64,000 nucleotides of DNA from a virus: IMG/VR virus record IMGVR_UViG_3300028025_000090; one strand, given 5' to 3'. Of this stretch, positions 55,130 to 64,000 are shown piece by piece. A program made the translations under genes and the position numbers. The notes beneath the pieces are model-generated. The model had not been told where the DNA came from. It did not search any database and saw nothing but the letters and a program-made list of their open reading frames with translations. The number at the start of each line of letters is the position of its first letter. Position 1 is the stretch's first letter.

Positions 55130-56242
55130 TTAATATGCGAAAATTGGAATTGCGAATCTACCGAATGGTTGACCTGTTTTTGATGTGGAATCACCCTCAA
55201 AAGTTAAGAATCCAGCGGAAGATAGATTTACTACTACCGTAGTGAAACCATTTGAAGATAAAGTTCTAAATTGTGTTATTCCTAATCCTGGAATAGCACC
55301 GACTCCATCGATAGCATGTGAAGGTCTTCCATTAAAGATGGTGGATAAACTATCATTAATATTACTCCCATTACCAGTAAATGCTGAGAGGCATGTCAGT
55401 GTTGTGAAAACAGACCTTTGAACTGCTTTTCTATCGCCAATATCTTCCCATGCACTTAATGAATCATTAGTCGATTCAAATGCTTGATATAATACACCGC
55501 CCACGGTGGCAACATCCCCAAAATTTGCATTTAATGCTGTTAGGCTATTTACAGAACTCTGCGGAGTGAAAAATTGATTTTGATTTCCGTAAGAACTAAT
55601 CGAATTATATATTGAAGTATAATTAGCAGACAACGCACCATTAACGAATGTGAAACTATTCGGATCAGCTTTTAAAGTGATGATATTACCATTCCCACCA
55701 CTCAAACCATTACCAAATGATGATGATAATATTTCTCTAGTGGTGATTGAAGCAGCGTTTAACGATAATTTATTAGCTGAAAGACTGAAAAATGTTGGAT
55801 TGTAATTAATTTCCAACTTGCCATTTAAGATATGTAACCCATTACTAACAGTAGCAGGGTTTATTTTGGAAGCTGAAAGACCACTCAATTTTAAATTGAT
55901 AGTCGAAGACGAATCATACTCAAATTCTTGTGATATTTTCGTGGCAATTCTACCCCATTTTGTGATATCAGTGTAAGGATTGGCAGTCAATTGATACCAG
56001 ATATTTTGAATCGAAACAATATCACCTACTTCTGAATATGTGTCAGATAAACTGGTGAAATTGACCAAAGGTATGTGATTTTTCGTTGTCACAGAAACAC
56101 CACCACTCAATACACCGTTTCCAATGTATAAACGATTGGTATCAATTGCGTATCCAGGTTCTCCCTGATCCAAACGAATCGATTTTCTTTGATCGTTTGT
56201 CCCTCTGCGAAATTTTAATTTTGATATGTAAATGTCAGGCAT
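55130..56242 (-). CDS. tail-fibre protein with Mtd_N-like domain
   Basis: LKFRRGT...GEPGYAIDTNRLYIGNG. Confidence 0.75.
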   Translation of the reverse strand: MPDIYISKLKFRRGTNDQRKSIRLDQGEPGYAIDTNRLYIGNGVLSGGVSVTTKNHIPLVNFTSLSDTYSEVGDIVSIQNIWYQLTANPYTDITKWGRIATKISQEFEYDSSSTINLKLSGLSASKINPATVSNGLHILNGKLEINYNPTFFSLSANKLSLNAASITTREILSSSFGNGLSGGNGNIITLKADPNSFTFVNGALSANYTSIYNSISSYGNQNQFFTPQSSVNSLTALNANFGDVATVGGVLYQAFESTNDSLSAWEDIGDRKAVQRSVFTTLTCLSAFTGNGSNINDSLSTIFNGRPSHAIDGVGAIPGLGITQFRTLSSNGFTTVVVNLSSAGFLTFEGDSTSKTGQPFGRFAIPIFAY

Positions 56243-56244
56243 AA

Positions 56245-56904
56245 TTATGAAATTCTTTTCCAGATGTATAATCCAAACGAAGGAGGTGTGTTATTATGGG
56301 CTTGATTACCACCAGTGTCCAAAATACCTATATCGCCAATATTTGCTTCTGACCCAGGTTCCCATGTTTGTTCTGGATCGTCACTTGTTAATTCAAATGG
56401 TGATCTTGTTTGATTATTCGTATTACCATTAGCACCAGTAAAACCGTGTCTATGTGTTGGCATTTCAGCTATGGACAATGTGTGTTCGTATTCACCATTG
56501 TTATCACCAAGTGAAAATGTTTTAGATGCACCGTTAATATCAGCAGAACTTCCAACACCGACTATGAACCGTCCTTCTGAAATTCTCTCCCACGCTGTGT
56601 TGGGGAATAAGAAACTCGGTGGAATCGTTGGTTCCACACTTAGATACACGCTACCCACTGGATAGATGTAATCAATTAATTTTTTCTCTGATGAGCCAAC
56701 TACTATTTTGAAATCATCAGCAGTTACTGATCCTGTGAATCTTACACCTTTTTTATCACCCCCTAATTTCATGGATGTTTTATTACCCATCCCATCATAA
56801 ACCACTTGGGGATCTGTTTCTGCTGTGAGTTCTGTATTTGATGTGTGTAACAATCCCTTGTAAGACTGCGAAACGGGTTGACTAGTGAGATTTGGGAGTG
56901 CCAT
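56245..56904 (-). CDS. baseplate/tail-collar (Gp10-C-like) protein, paralog A
   Basis: YPVGSVY, W.RISEGRFIVG, HTLSIAEMPTHRH, GG..AHNN.PP; TAAATA at 56910-56915. Confidence 0.8.
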   Translation of the reverse strand: MALPNLTSQPVSQSYKGLLHTSNTELTAETDPQVVYDGMGNKTSMKLGGDKKGVRFTGSVTADDFKIVVGSSEKKLIDYIYPVGSVYLSVEPTIPPSFLFPNTAWERISEGRFIVGVGSSADINGASKTFSLGDNNGEYEHTLSIAEMPTHRHGFTGANGNTNNQTRSPFELTSDDPEQTWEPGSEANIGDIGILDTGGNQAHNNTPPSFGLYIWKRIS

Positions 56905-56958
56905 GTTATTATTTATTTAGAAGTAATCTTTTTGCCTACTATGTAATCAATCAATATT

Positions 56959-57561
56959 TTATGAAGTTCTTTGCCATACATACAAACCAAAGCCAGGTGG
57001 TGTATTGTTATGGGGTAAACCACCACCAGTAGATTCAGTTTCAACAGTGCCACCGTCATCCCAATACCCTTTATTTTCATCATTGTCTCTATCCCCAACA
57101 TATTTAAAATCGTTTAAAGTATGGGTGTGTGCTGGCATCTCGGCAATAGTCAATGTATGTTGGTATTCACCGCTATTATCTCCTTCAGTAAATGTTTTGG
57201 TTACACTATTAACATCTTGATCAGAACCAACACCTACAATGAATCTTCCTTGTGAAATTTGAGTCCATGAAGTTCCAGTAAATCTAATTGTGGGGGGATT
57301 ATTATCAACGCTGAAATACACCGACCCAATTGGATAAAGATAGTCGATCAACGTAGCATAATTACCAATACTATAATTACCAGATGATAAAGTTCCTGTA
57401 AAAGATCCTCCATTACCATCAGATCCAATACTAAAAGATGTTTTATTACCCAAACCGTCATAAACTTTGGGCAAATTAGTTCCAGTAGTGGGAATTTTTG
57501 AGGTGTGTAGAATCCCTGTATACGAATCTGCAATGAATTGGTCTGTGAGATCAGGTAGCAT
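56959..57561 (-). CDS. baseplate/tail-collar (Gp10-C-like) protein, paralog B
   Basis: YPIGSVY, GRFIVG, HTLTIAEMPAHTH, HNNTPP; TAAATA at 57567-57572. Confidence 0.8.
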   Translation of the reverse strand: MLPDLTDQFIADSYTGILHTSKIPTTGTNLPKVYDGLGNKTSFSIGSDGNGGSFTGTLSSGNYSIGNYATLIDYLYPIGSVYFSVDNNPPTIRFTGTSWTQISQGRFIVGVGSDQDVNSVTKTFTEGDNSGEYQHTLTIAEMPAHTHTLNDFKYVGDRDNDENKGYWDDGGTVETESTGGGLPHNNTPPGFGLYVWQRTS

Positions 57562-57569
57562 ATTATTAT

Positions 57570-59351
57570 TTATTCTACCGTTGTCAAATTAGCAACTAAT
57601 TTTTGTTGTATTTCAGTTATTGACGTGAAAATCCTTTGCATTGTCGTCGTGTTGATACTCTCATTACCATTGATCCGTAAATTATCCAAATCGTAATCAA
57701 TTGCTTTGATATTATTCAATAATACATCATCTTTTTTGAAATTAAATGAATTTGATGCTTTAGTAAAGAGTGTTAATACGTCTTTCAGAATGTTTAAAAG
57801 GTTTTTGTTGAAGAAAATACCAAACGAATAATCACCACATGTTACATTCTTGAAATTTTTAGCAATACTATTATCAATTGCAGAGTATCTAGTGCTTACA
57901 ATAGGTTGTTTTAAAGCATATAGTCTACCAGAATTATGTAATAATGTATAATTTTTATCACCCTTAGTAATTTCACTGAATATCAGGTTATAAAAGTTAT
58001 TAGCATTCATTCTATTCGTATTCCACTTGATTGGAGCGTTACGACTGTCAAATTTACGATAAGTGTTTTTCCAGAGATAGTCGGGAGGATATTTCAAATT
58101 GAATTTCTTGAAATTACCAGCAGTGTTAATTGGATTTGATATAAATCTCGTTTCCACATTTTTAATACTTTTTATAAAGAAAATATTCGAATCATGAGTT
58201 GAAAAGGTGATATCGTAATCATCTTTATCTAAATCACTTATCTCATAATTGATAAAAGTATCGGTGATTGAATAAGGATCAAATGTAGCAATCGAATAAA
58301 CGCCATTTTTTTCATGTAAAATGATAACAAAATCGTCAATATCTCTGATATCAATAGCAGAAACGTTTTCTATGTTATATTCGAGAAGATTTACTGTTCC
58401 AAGTAAAGTTGATGATTTTTTATTCCAAAGATAAAGAATACTTCCATCGATAATAGTTCTTATATTATCACCAAATTTCATAAATTTGGTGTCATATATG
58501 CTTCTTGTAAAAAGATTAGTAGTAAATAATTTATTAGTATCGGAAAAATTTTTATCATAATCCCAAGTGAAAAGAACTTCCTCAGTAATTCCGATTTGAA
58601 GACTATCAACTAAAATCAAAGTTCCACATTCAATATAATTCAATCCTTCATAAGTTTCAATGACACCATTTATGATTATATTAATTTTATTTTCAAATTC
58701 ATCATAATTTATACCATAAACTTCTTCATCTACTGACAATTCTTGAATGCTATATGTTAATAAAGAAGTATTGTCGAACGATCCATCTATAGTTATCAAA
58801 TCATTGCCAGTTGAACAGAGATATTTGAATTTTTGATCAGATTTTACTACAAAATCACCATATTTTACCTTTTCCAAAAAACTCCATTCATTAGAATAGT
58901 CAAAATTATCAATATGGGTGACGACATCTTTACCCACCATCAAATCATTATTTATTTCATCTTTAATTGTTGATGATAGTCCATAAAAATGGCAATCGTT
59001 TTCATCAAAATCCACGATTTGAGGGTTACTAATAATCAAAGATTTGAAAACAATCAAATTGTTTGTATTGATTTTATCGAAAATTTTATCTAATTCATTT
59101 TTATTTAAAACATCGAAAGCATTAGTGTAATATGGTGTTATGCGTTGAATCGAATCAAATTGATTATCAAATTCTAATTTTTTAAGATAAAATTCTGACG
59201 AGAAATTATTTTTCGATGTCAATTCTTCAGAGAATTGGTCTTTGGTTTTGCCAGTATAGGCTATACCATTATCAACATTAAAAAATCCTGAATAATCAAT
59301 ACCATTTGAGGTAAAGGATTCACCGTTTGTATATTTAAAATATGTAATCAT
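57570..59351 (-). CDS. putative tail/baseplate structural protein
   Basis: 593 aa, beta-rich, in the tail module. Confidence 0.6.
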   Translation of the reverse strand: MITYFKYTNGESFTSNGIDYSGFFNVDNGIAYTGKTKDQFSEELTSKNNFSSEFYLKKLEFDNQFDSIQRITPYYTNAFDVLNKNELDKIFDKINTNNLIVFKSLIISNPQIVDFDENDCHFYGLSSTIKDEINNDLMVGKDVVTHIDNFDYSNEWSFLEKVKYGDFVVKSDQKFKYLCSTGNDLITIDGSFDNTSLLTYSIQELSVDEEVYGINYDEFENKINIIINGVIETYEGLNYIECGTLILVDSLQIGITEEVLFTWDYDKNFSDTNKLFTTNLFTRSIYDTKFMKFGDNIRTIIDGSILYLWNKKSSTLLGTVNLLEYNIENVSAIDIRDIDDFVIILHEKNGVYSIATFDPYSITDTFINYEISDLDKDDYDITFSTHDSNIFFIKSIKNVETRFISNPINTAGNFKKFNLKYPPDYLWKNTYRKFDSRNAPIKWNTNRMNANNFYNLIFSEITKGDKNYTLLHNSGRLYALKQPIVSTRYSAIDNSIAKNFKNVTCGDYSFGIFFNKNLLNILKDVLTLFTKASNSFNFKKDDVLLNNIKAIDYDLDNLRINGNESINTTTMQRIFTSITEIQQKLVANLTTVE

Positions 59352-61564
59352 TATTCAATAAATTCTATGTTATTTACTTCCGAAGTTAAAGGTGAGAAGG
59401 ATTTGCATGTTTCCGTTACAATCTTTTTCAATTCATTTTTGATATTATCGGGGAGACTAATATTTTTAATCAAAATATCAACATGATTTGATTTGAAGGT
59501 TTGATTATTACAGACACTTTGTAATAATTCGATTTCATCTTCACTATTTCGTTGTCCCGATGGAATGGTGATAACCAGAGTATCTATACTTTGCAACCCA
59601 TTAATATATGGTAATATTAAAGACTCGTCGAAATCGACATATCTTGTATATATTTTGAAATTTTGGACATTATCATTGCCAACAAAGTCTCCGAAAAGTA
59701 TTTTCTTACCAAAAAATTGTGATTTATCGAAAGTGAACTCTTTGATAATCGTACCATTCAAATTAAAATATCCTCGTCCATTGATACTATCGATAGCAAC
59801 TGCCAACGTGTTAATCTTTAATTTTTTAAAACCTGCAATAGCATCAAAACTGATAATAGTTTCATTACTAGGATCATACAAATTCATCAGGAAGGAAATA
59901 TTACCATCATTGTTGTTATTTTTATCAATACTCAATCCACCATTAATATTATTGCGTCTACTAGAAAATGACCAATTGGTGCTATCACCGCTGAAAGTGA
60001 AGAATATGGAAAAAACACCATCCGTATTTATATTGTCGAAATAATTTATTTCTTCAAAATAATTGGAATTTTCAATTCCACATACTGGAATTTCATTTGG
60101 AGAAATTATATCGGGTAAAGAATTTAACCGTTCATATATAAATACATCATTTGGTTCAATGATGAAATCGCTTTTCTTGTCAAAAACCTGATAAGCCGAC
60201 AGACTTTGTTTGATAAGTTCATTTCCAGATACTAATTGTTCGATCAAATCAGTGTAAGTGACATTGAAAGTTGAATTGGTTGCTAATGCAGATGCCTTTT
60301 CAATACGATCAGGGTAATAATATCTATCTACCCATACTTTATTATCACTTAAAGGCGAACCAGATAACCAAGTGCATAGGTAATTTTGTCCATCAGTGTA
60401 TCCATTGGTATTATCCAATTTATAAACCTTATCAGCATACAGAGGAGTTGTATATGAAAATGCCCCCGATTCTACAAATTTTGTATCATTTATGTTGATT
60501 TTTGTGAAAGGATTTAGATCGTTTGGAGCTTTGATCGTATTTATACCACTTTTAATGATATAAGGTTTATTGTAAAATACATAATTCAAAGACAAACTTT
60601 CATCTTTTTCACTATCAATATCATTAAAAATCGATGTATATGACCTCATCTCTTTCATATAGAAAGGAGAATTGTTTGAAGATATCAATGTGTTTCCAGA
60701 TGTGAAAATATCTTCCTGAGTCAATTGGTTTTTCAAAGTGATGATCTCAACATCATCGTTTTCAGAATGCAATAGATAATTGTTAGATAAATCTTTTTCT
60801 ATCAGATTATCTGGGATGATGTTACTCTCCTCATAACCAACCAATGTGAAATTCTCATTGTTGTCAATATTGTTATAGATTTTTTTGTCAATTTTGATAT
60901 TATTCAAGGGAGCCAATATTTTATTGGCACTTGTAAATGGAACTAGAGTTAGATTATTACCTTGTTTTACGAGTATCTTACAAGACCCATCATTTCTGAA
61001 TAGGCATAACGAGTTATTAGAGCTAGAGTAAATGTAATTGAAATCTATACCAGATAATCCTAATTTTCTAGTATAAAAATTGACAGTATTGTTAGAATCT
61101 TGTGTCAGATAGTATTTTTTATAATTGTAAACTTTGTAAATGTTACAAACATTTGAATCTTTCAGATCAATTATAAAATTGGTCGAATCTGACGTAATAT
61201 CGACGAAAGAATAATCTCCATAATAATCATATTTTGTATAAATGCCAGATAATGACAATTTTAACGTATCCATTGGTTTAAATCCCAAATAAATTCCTCC
61301 AAATTTTAAAAATGTCAGAGATTCTTCCAATTTTATAACATTTTTCTCATTGAAAGTTATGTCAGACAGCTTACGTTCATCAGTCAAATAGAAAATACTA
61401 TAATTTTTATATTTGACATCTCTGATGTTAGAAAATGCGTTATAAAAATTGAATTTATACCCTCCATCATAGTATCTTTCAAATTTATTGAGCGTGGAGT
61501 TCTCATCATTGTATGAGAAATCACGAGCTTTACAGGATGATATTTTACTTATAAAGGTATCCAC
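59351..61564 (-). CDS. putative tail structural protein with LamG/ConA-like C-terminal region
   Basis: 737 aa; GTG start supported by TAAATA at 61570-61575, 5 nt upstream. Confidence 0.6.
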   Translation of the reverse strand: MDTFISKISSCKARDFSYNDENSTLNKFERYYDGGYKFNFYNAFSNIRDVKYKNYSIFYLTDERKLSDITFNEKNVIKLEESLTFLKFGGIYLGFKPMDTLKLSLSGIYTKYDYYGDYSFVDITSDSTNFIIDLKDSNVCNIYKVYNYKKYYLTQDSNNTVNFYTRKLGLSGIDFNYIYSSSNNSLCLFRNDGSCKILVKQGNNLTLVPFTSANKILAPLNNIKIDKKIYNNIDNNENFTLVGYEESNIIPDNLIEKDLSNNYLLHSENDDVEIITLKNQLTQEDIFTSGNTLISSNNSPFYMKEMRSYTSIFNDIDSEKDESLSLNYVFYNKPYIIKSGINTIKAPNDLNPFTKININDTKFVESGAFSYTTPLYADKVYKLDNTNGYTDGQNYLCTWLSGSPLSDNKVWVDRYYYPDRIEKASALATNSTFNVTYTDLIEQLVSGNELIKQSLSAYQVFDKKSDFIIEPNDVFIYERLNSLPDIISPNEIPVCGIENSNYFEEINYFDNINTDGVFSIFFTFSGDSTNWSFSSRRNNINGGLSIDKNNNNDGNISFLMNLYDPSNETIISFDAIAGFKKLKINTLAVAIDSINGRGYFNLNGTIIKEFTFDKSQFFGKKILFGDFVGNDNVQNFKIYTRYVDFDESLILPYINGLQSIDTLVITIPSGQRNSEDEIELLQSVCNNQTFKSNHVDILIKNISLPDNIKNELKKIVTETCKSFSPLTSEVNNIEFIE

Positions 61565-61572
61565 ATTAGTAT

Positions 61573-62061
61573 TTAATTGAATGGTGTTTCAAGCTCAATT
61601 AAATACCCACCATTTTTGGTCACAAATTGGTGTATTTTTTTATCAAATTTGCTAATGGTGTTTATCAACGTCAAATCTTCAATACTTTGCGAATAATTAT
61701 AATTAACAACACTGATGGGAACGGTGAAAGTGGAGATATCACCATTACAATAGGATACGTAAAAATTTGCCGATAATTTTTGACTTGTTGAAGAAACACT
61801 TGGGTAATACACATGACTATAAGTGGTATTCAATACTTCTGAATACCTACTAATCGGTGAAAAAATGTTCAACATGACATCATTTTCAAAAAAATCTTCA
61901 ACATTATCACCCCAATTTATTCTTAAAAAACAAGGTAAAAATTTTTCTGAAACACCAGTCAAAACAACATTCAGTGTTGTTATATCATTCAACACCACCA
62001 AAGGCACTGTTGTTGTATTGGATGTGTTAATCGAAGATAATGATAAATATGCGGTATTCAT
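61573..62061 (-). CDS. putative structural protein (PKD/Ig-like)
   Basis: INWGD...YSHVY. Confidence 0.55.
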   Translation of the reverse strand: MNTAYLSLSSINTSNTTTVPLVVLNDITTLNVVLTGVSEKFLPCFLRINWGDNVEDFFENDVMLNIFSPISRYSEVLNTTYSHVYYPSVSSTSQKLSANFYVSYCNGDISTFTVPISVVNYNYSQSIEDLTLINTISKFDKKIHQFVTKNGGYLIELETPFN

Positions 62062-64000
62062 TTTTGATTGTATTGTGAAATATTTATTATTTCCAAAGGA
62101 TTCATTTTGAAATCCATTTCACTCATAACAAATTCATTTAGAGCATTCTTAATCAAGAATGATGTGGTAAATTTGTCATTTTTTGGATTGTAAGCCAATG
62201 TTGGAGATTCAAATGTGGATATTGAAGGTGAATTGACCTTTATTGGAGATAGGGAATAATCATCATATTCCAATAAAGTATGCTTTTCAGTGTCGAATTT
62301 GAATATCGAAGGTCTTACAAAGACGGAATCGACATTATTACTCGACAAGCTTCCAATAGTGGTGAAATAAATATTGCCGTCTTTGCTGTATCTATTTGAA
62401 ATATTCCCATTATGCTGAACGGTGTATACCTGTTTAGTCGGAGTCAAAAATTCACCATTTTCGAAAATCAATTTAATAATAATCAAGTTGTTTTCCGTTT
62501 CAATTGTGAGAATATCGGAAATAATATCAAATCTCTTGACAGCACTTACCGATTCCGTATACACTGACAATGGAAGAACACTCGTTAGATAACTCAATTC
62601 AGATTCAAAAGGTAAAATCTCCATTGTATATGAGTTTCTAACATACAATTTACCATTCAAATTGAATCTGTTATAAAGATTTTGAACAGGTGCTGAAGAT
62701 AATACATATTCACTTGATTTCAAAGTAGTATTATCGTAATAAATTTGAGATATAGTCGGAGAAAAATCTGGATAATCGCTACCAAACGAAGCACCATCAA
62801 TCATAAATGTGCTTAATTCGTTAGGAAAAATATTTTGAGTCATGTTTGCTGTTATAGTCGGGAACCTAGCATCCGATAAAGCTCTCCTCAATGGTGTGGA
62901 AGAATTGATACCACCCTCAATCAGTCTTGAGTAATAGAAACTACCACTCAATTCAAAAGAACTCAAATCAGACGAAGCAGCATCGATATAAGGCGTGTCT
63001 CCATCCATTATGAACAAACCTTCCAATGTTTGAAAATTTGGAAGATATTCATTTTCATAATAAAATTGATTACTATCGAAAGTTCCACCGAATATTTGAT
63101 AATACAGATCGATACTAGAAAAACCGTTAGTGAATGTGCTTAATCCTGATCTACTTGTGTAATCATATATGGTATTATCAACTGTTGAATAATTGAAATT
63201 GAAGCCTTCACCATAGAGATAGTCATAAAAAGTATGACCATTCAATATTTGATAGTATATCGGGGCAGCTTCATAAGTAGAAATAGTTTTCGTGAAGCTA
63301 TTATCATCTTTAAACAATCCGAATAAATTATTGTAAATATCGCGTTTAGAATCTTGTAAATAACCGATATTTGGCAATCTATCGAGGTATTTATCAAAAT
63401 TTGGTTCAATTTTTGATATGTATCCGTAATATTTACTGTCATTTCTTTTACTCGACGGTAATATTTGCGATTTACCAGAAGTGAAATTTTTACGAACATA
63501 GTCATTATCATTGATGAACGTGATAATATCACCATTATCACCTCTTATAGAGGGATCAGGGAAATAATAAATGGTATTTGGCTTTAGATTATCTGTATTG
63601 AAAGAGAAGCTAAGTGTTTTCCCATCGATATTGATTATCGAGGTTTTGTGAGGTCGAAAATATCCAATATCTTCCTTTGAAATTAAGATTTTTCTGTCTG
63701 TCGATGCTGTTGTCGGATAATCAACATTTAAAAAATTTTGTGATGGATCATCTGCTAATATAGCTAGACCAGATACAAAATCACTCACAGTTGAACCAGT
63801 GGACAAATAATAAAAATCACTACCGATGTATTTTTCCGTTAGTCTTCTTTTATTGTCTAAAAGGTCATTTATTTCTTTGATACCTAATTCCGAACTAGAC
63901 ATATTCGAAAACACGTCTGAAATAATTTCTGAATTATTTTTCAAGAATATATCAAATCCATAATCTAAATCTTTATTATCATAAATCTTCTCATTCGGAG
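62058..64000 (-). CDS. large putative tail/baseplate protein (5' end outside window)
   Basis: frame stays open to the window edge beyond the track's 63944. Confidence 0.6.
   Translation of the reverse strand, partial: PNEKIYDNKDLDYGFDIFLKNNSEIISDVFSNMSSSELGIKEINDLLDNKRRLTEKYIGSDFYYLSTGSTVSDFVSGLAILADDPSQNFLNVDYPTTASTDRKILISKEDIGYFRPHKTSIINIDGKTLSFSFNTDNLKPNTIYYFPDPSIRGDNGDIITFINDNDYVRKNFTSGKSQILPSSKRNDSKYYGYISKIEPNFDKYLDRLPNIGYLQDSKRDIYNNLFGLFKDDNSFTKTISTYEAAPIYYQILNGHTFYDYLYGEGFNFNYSTVDNTIYDYTSRSGLSTFTNGFSSIDLYYQIFGGTFDSNQFYYENEYLPNFQTLEGLFIMDGDTPYIDAASSDLSSFELSGSFYYSRLIEGGINSSTPLRRALSDARFPTITANMTQNIFPNELSTFMIDGASFGSDYPDFSPTISQIYYDNTTLKSSEYVLSSAPVQNLYNRFNLNGKLYVRNSYTMEILPFESELSYLTSVLPLSVYTESVSAVKRFDIISDILTIETENNLIIIKLIFENGEFLTPTKQVYTVQHNGNISNRYSKDGNIYFTTIGSLSSNNVDSVFVRPSIFKFDTEKHTLLEYDDYSLSPIKVNSPSISTFESPTLAYNPKNDKFTTSFLIKNALNEFVMSEMDFKMNPLEIINISQYNQK

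Noticed and set aside
54660-56242. Diversity-generating retroelement suggested by the Mtd_N domain
   Set aside because: No reverse transcriptase, no TR/VR pair and no C-type-lectin variable region seen in the window.
56913-57101. 62-aa ORF between the collar paralogs
   Set aside because: Overlaps the paralog B C-terminus in another frame; no independent support.
1-64000. Stop-codon reassignment (alternative genetic code)
   Set aside because: Core genes are full length under the standard code and end in TAA, TGA or TAG; coding density is high.

Overview
AT-rich 64-kb segment of a large T4-like (myovirus-type) phage genome; there are no signs of a cellular chromosome. From left to right: (1) bases 1-17027 form one tightly coupled minus-strand block. 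It holds a DinG-like helicase, GroES, a gp62-like clamp-loader subunit, a DNA methyltransferase and a ~10-kb glycan-synthesis island (GT2 x4, GT11 x2, GT17, GT25, DUF3431/DUF5672-like, RfbH-type dehydrase, SDR epimerase, O-methyltransferase). It also holds an NAD module (Nampt-like + HAD + Prs-like + P-loop kinase). (2) 17-23 kb: phoH, a retropepsin-like protease, a GIY-YIG nuclease, small late genes and a 340-bp AT-rich non-coding island. (3) 23-53 kb: the T4-like replication/recombination core (uvsY, uvsW, gp55, gp47, gp46, gp43, uvsX, gp41, gp32, gp45, gp61) with two more methyltransferases and further glycosyltransferases. (4) 53-64 kb: a minus-strand tail/baseplate module with a Thr/Pro-rich mucin-like gene next to a GT2. 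The clearest pattern read directly from the DNA is promoter geometry. About 15 genes have TAAATA exactly 5 nt before the start codon, and several others have TTGAC(A/T)-N16-TAnnnT 6-7 nt before ATG, which predicts largely leaderless mRNAs. All product calls come from motif recognition; no database searches were run.
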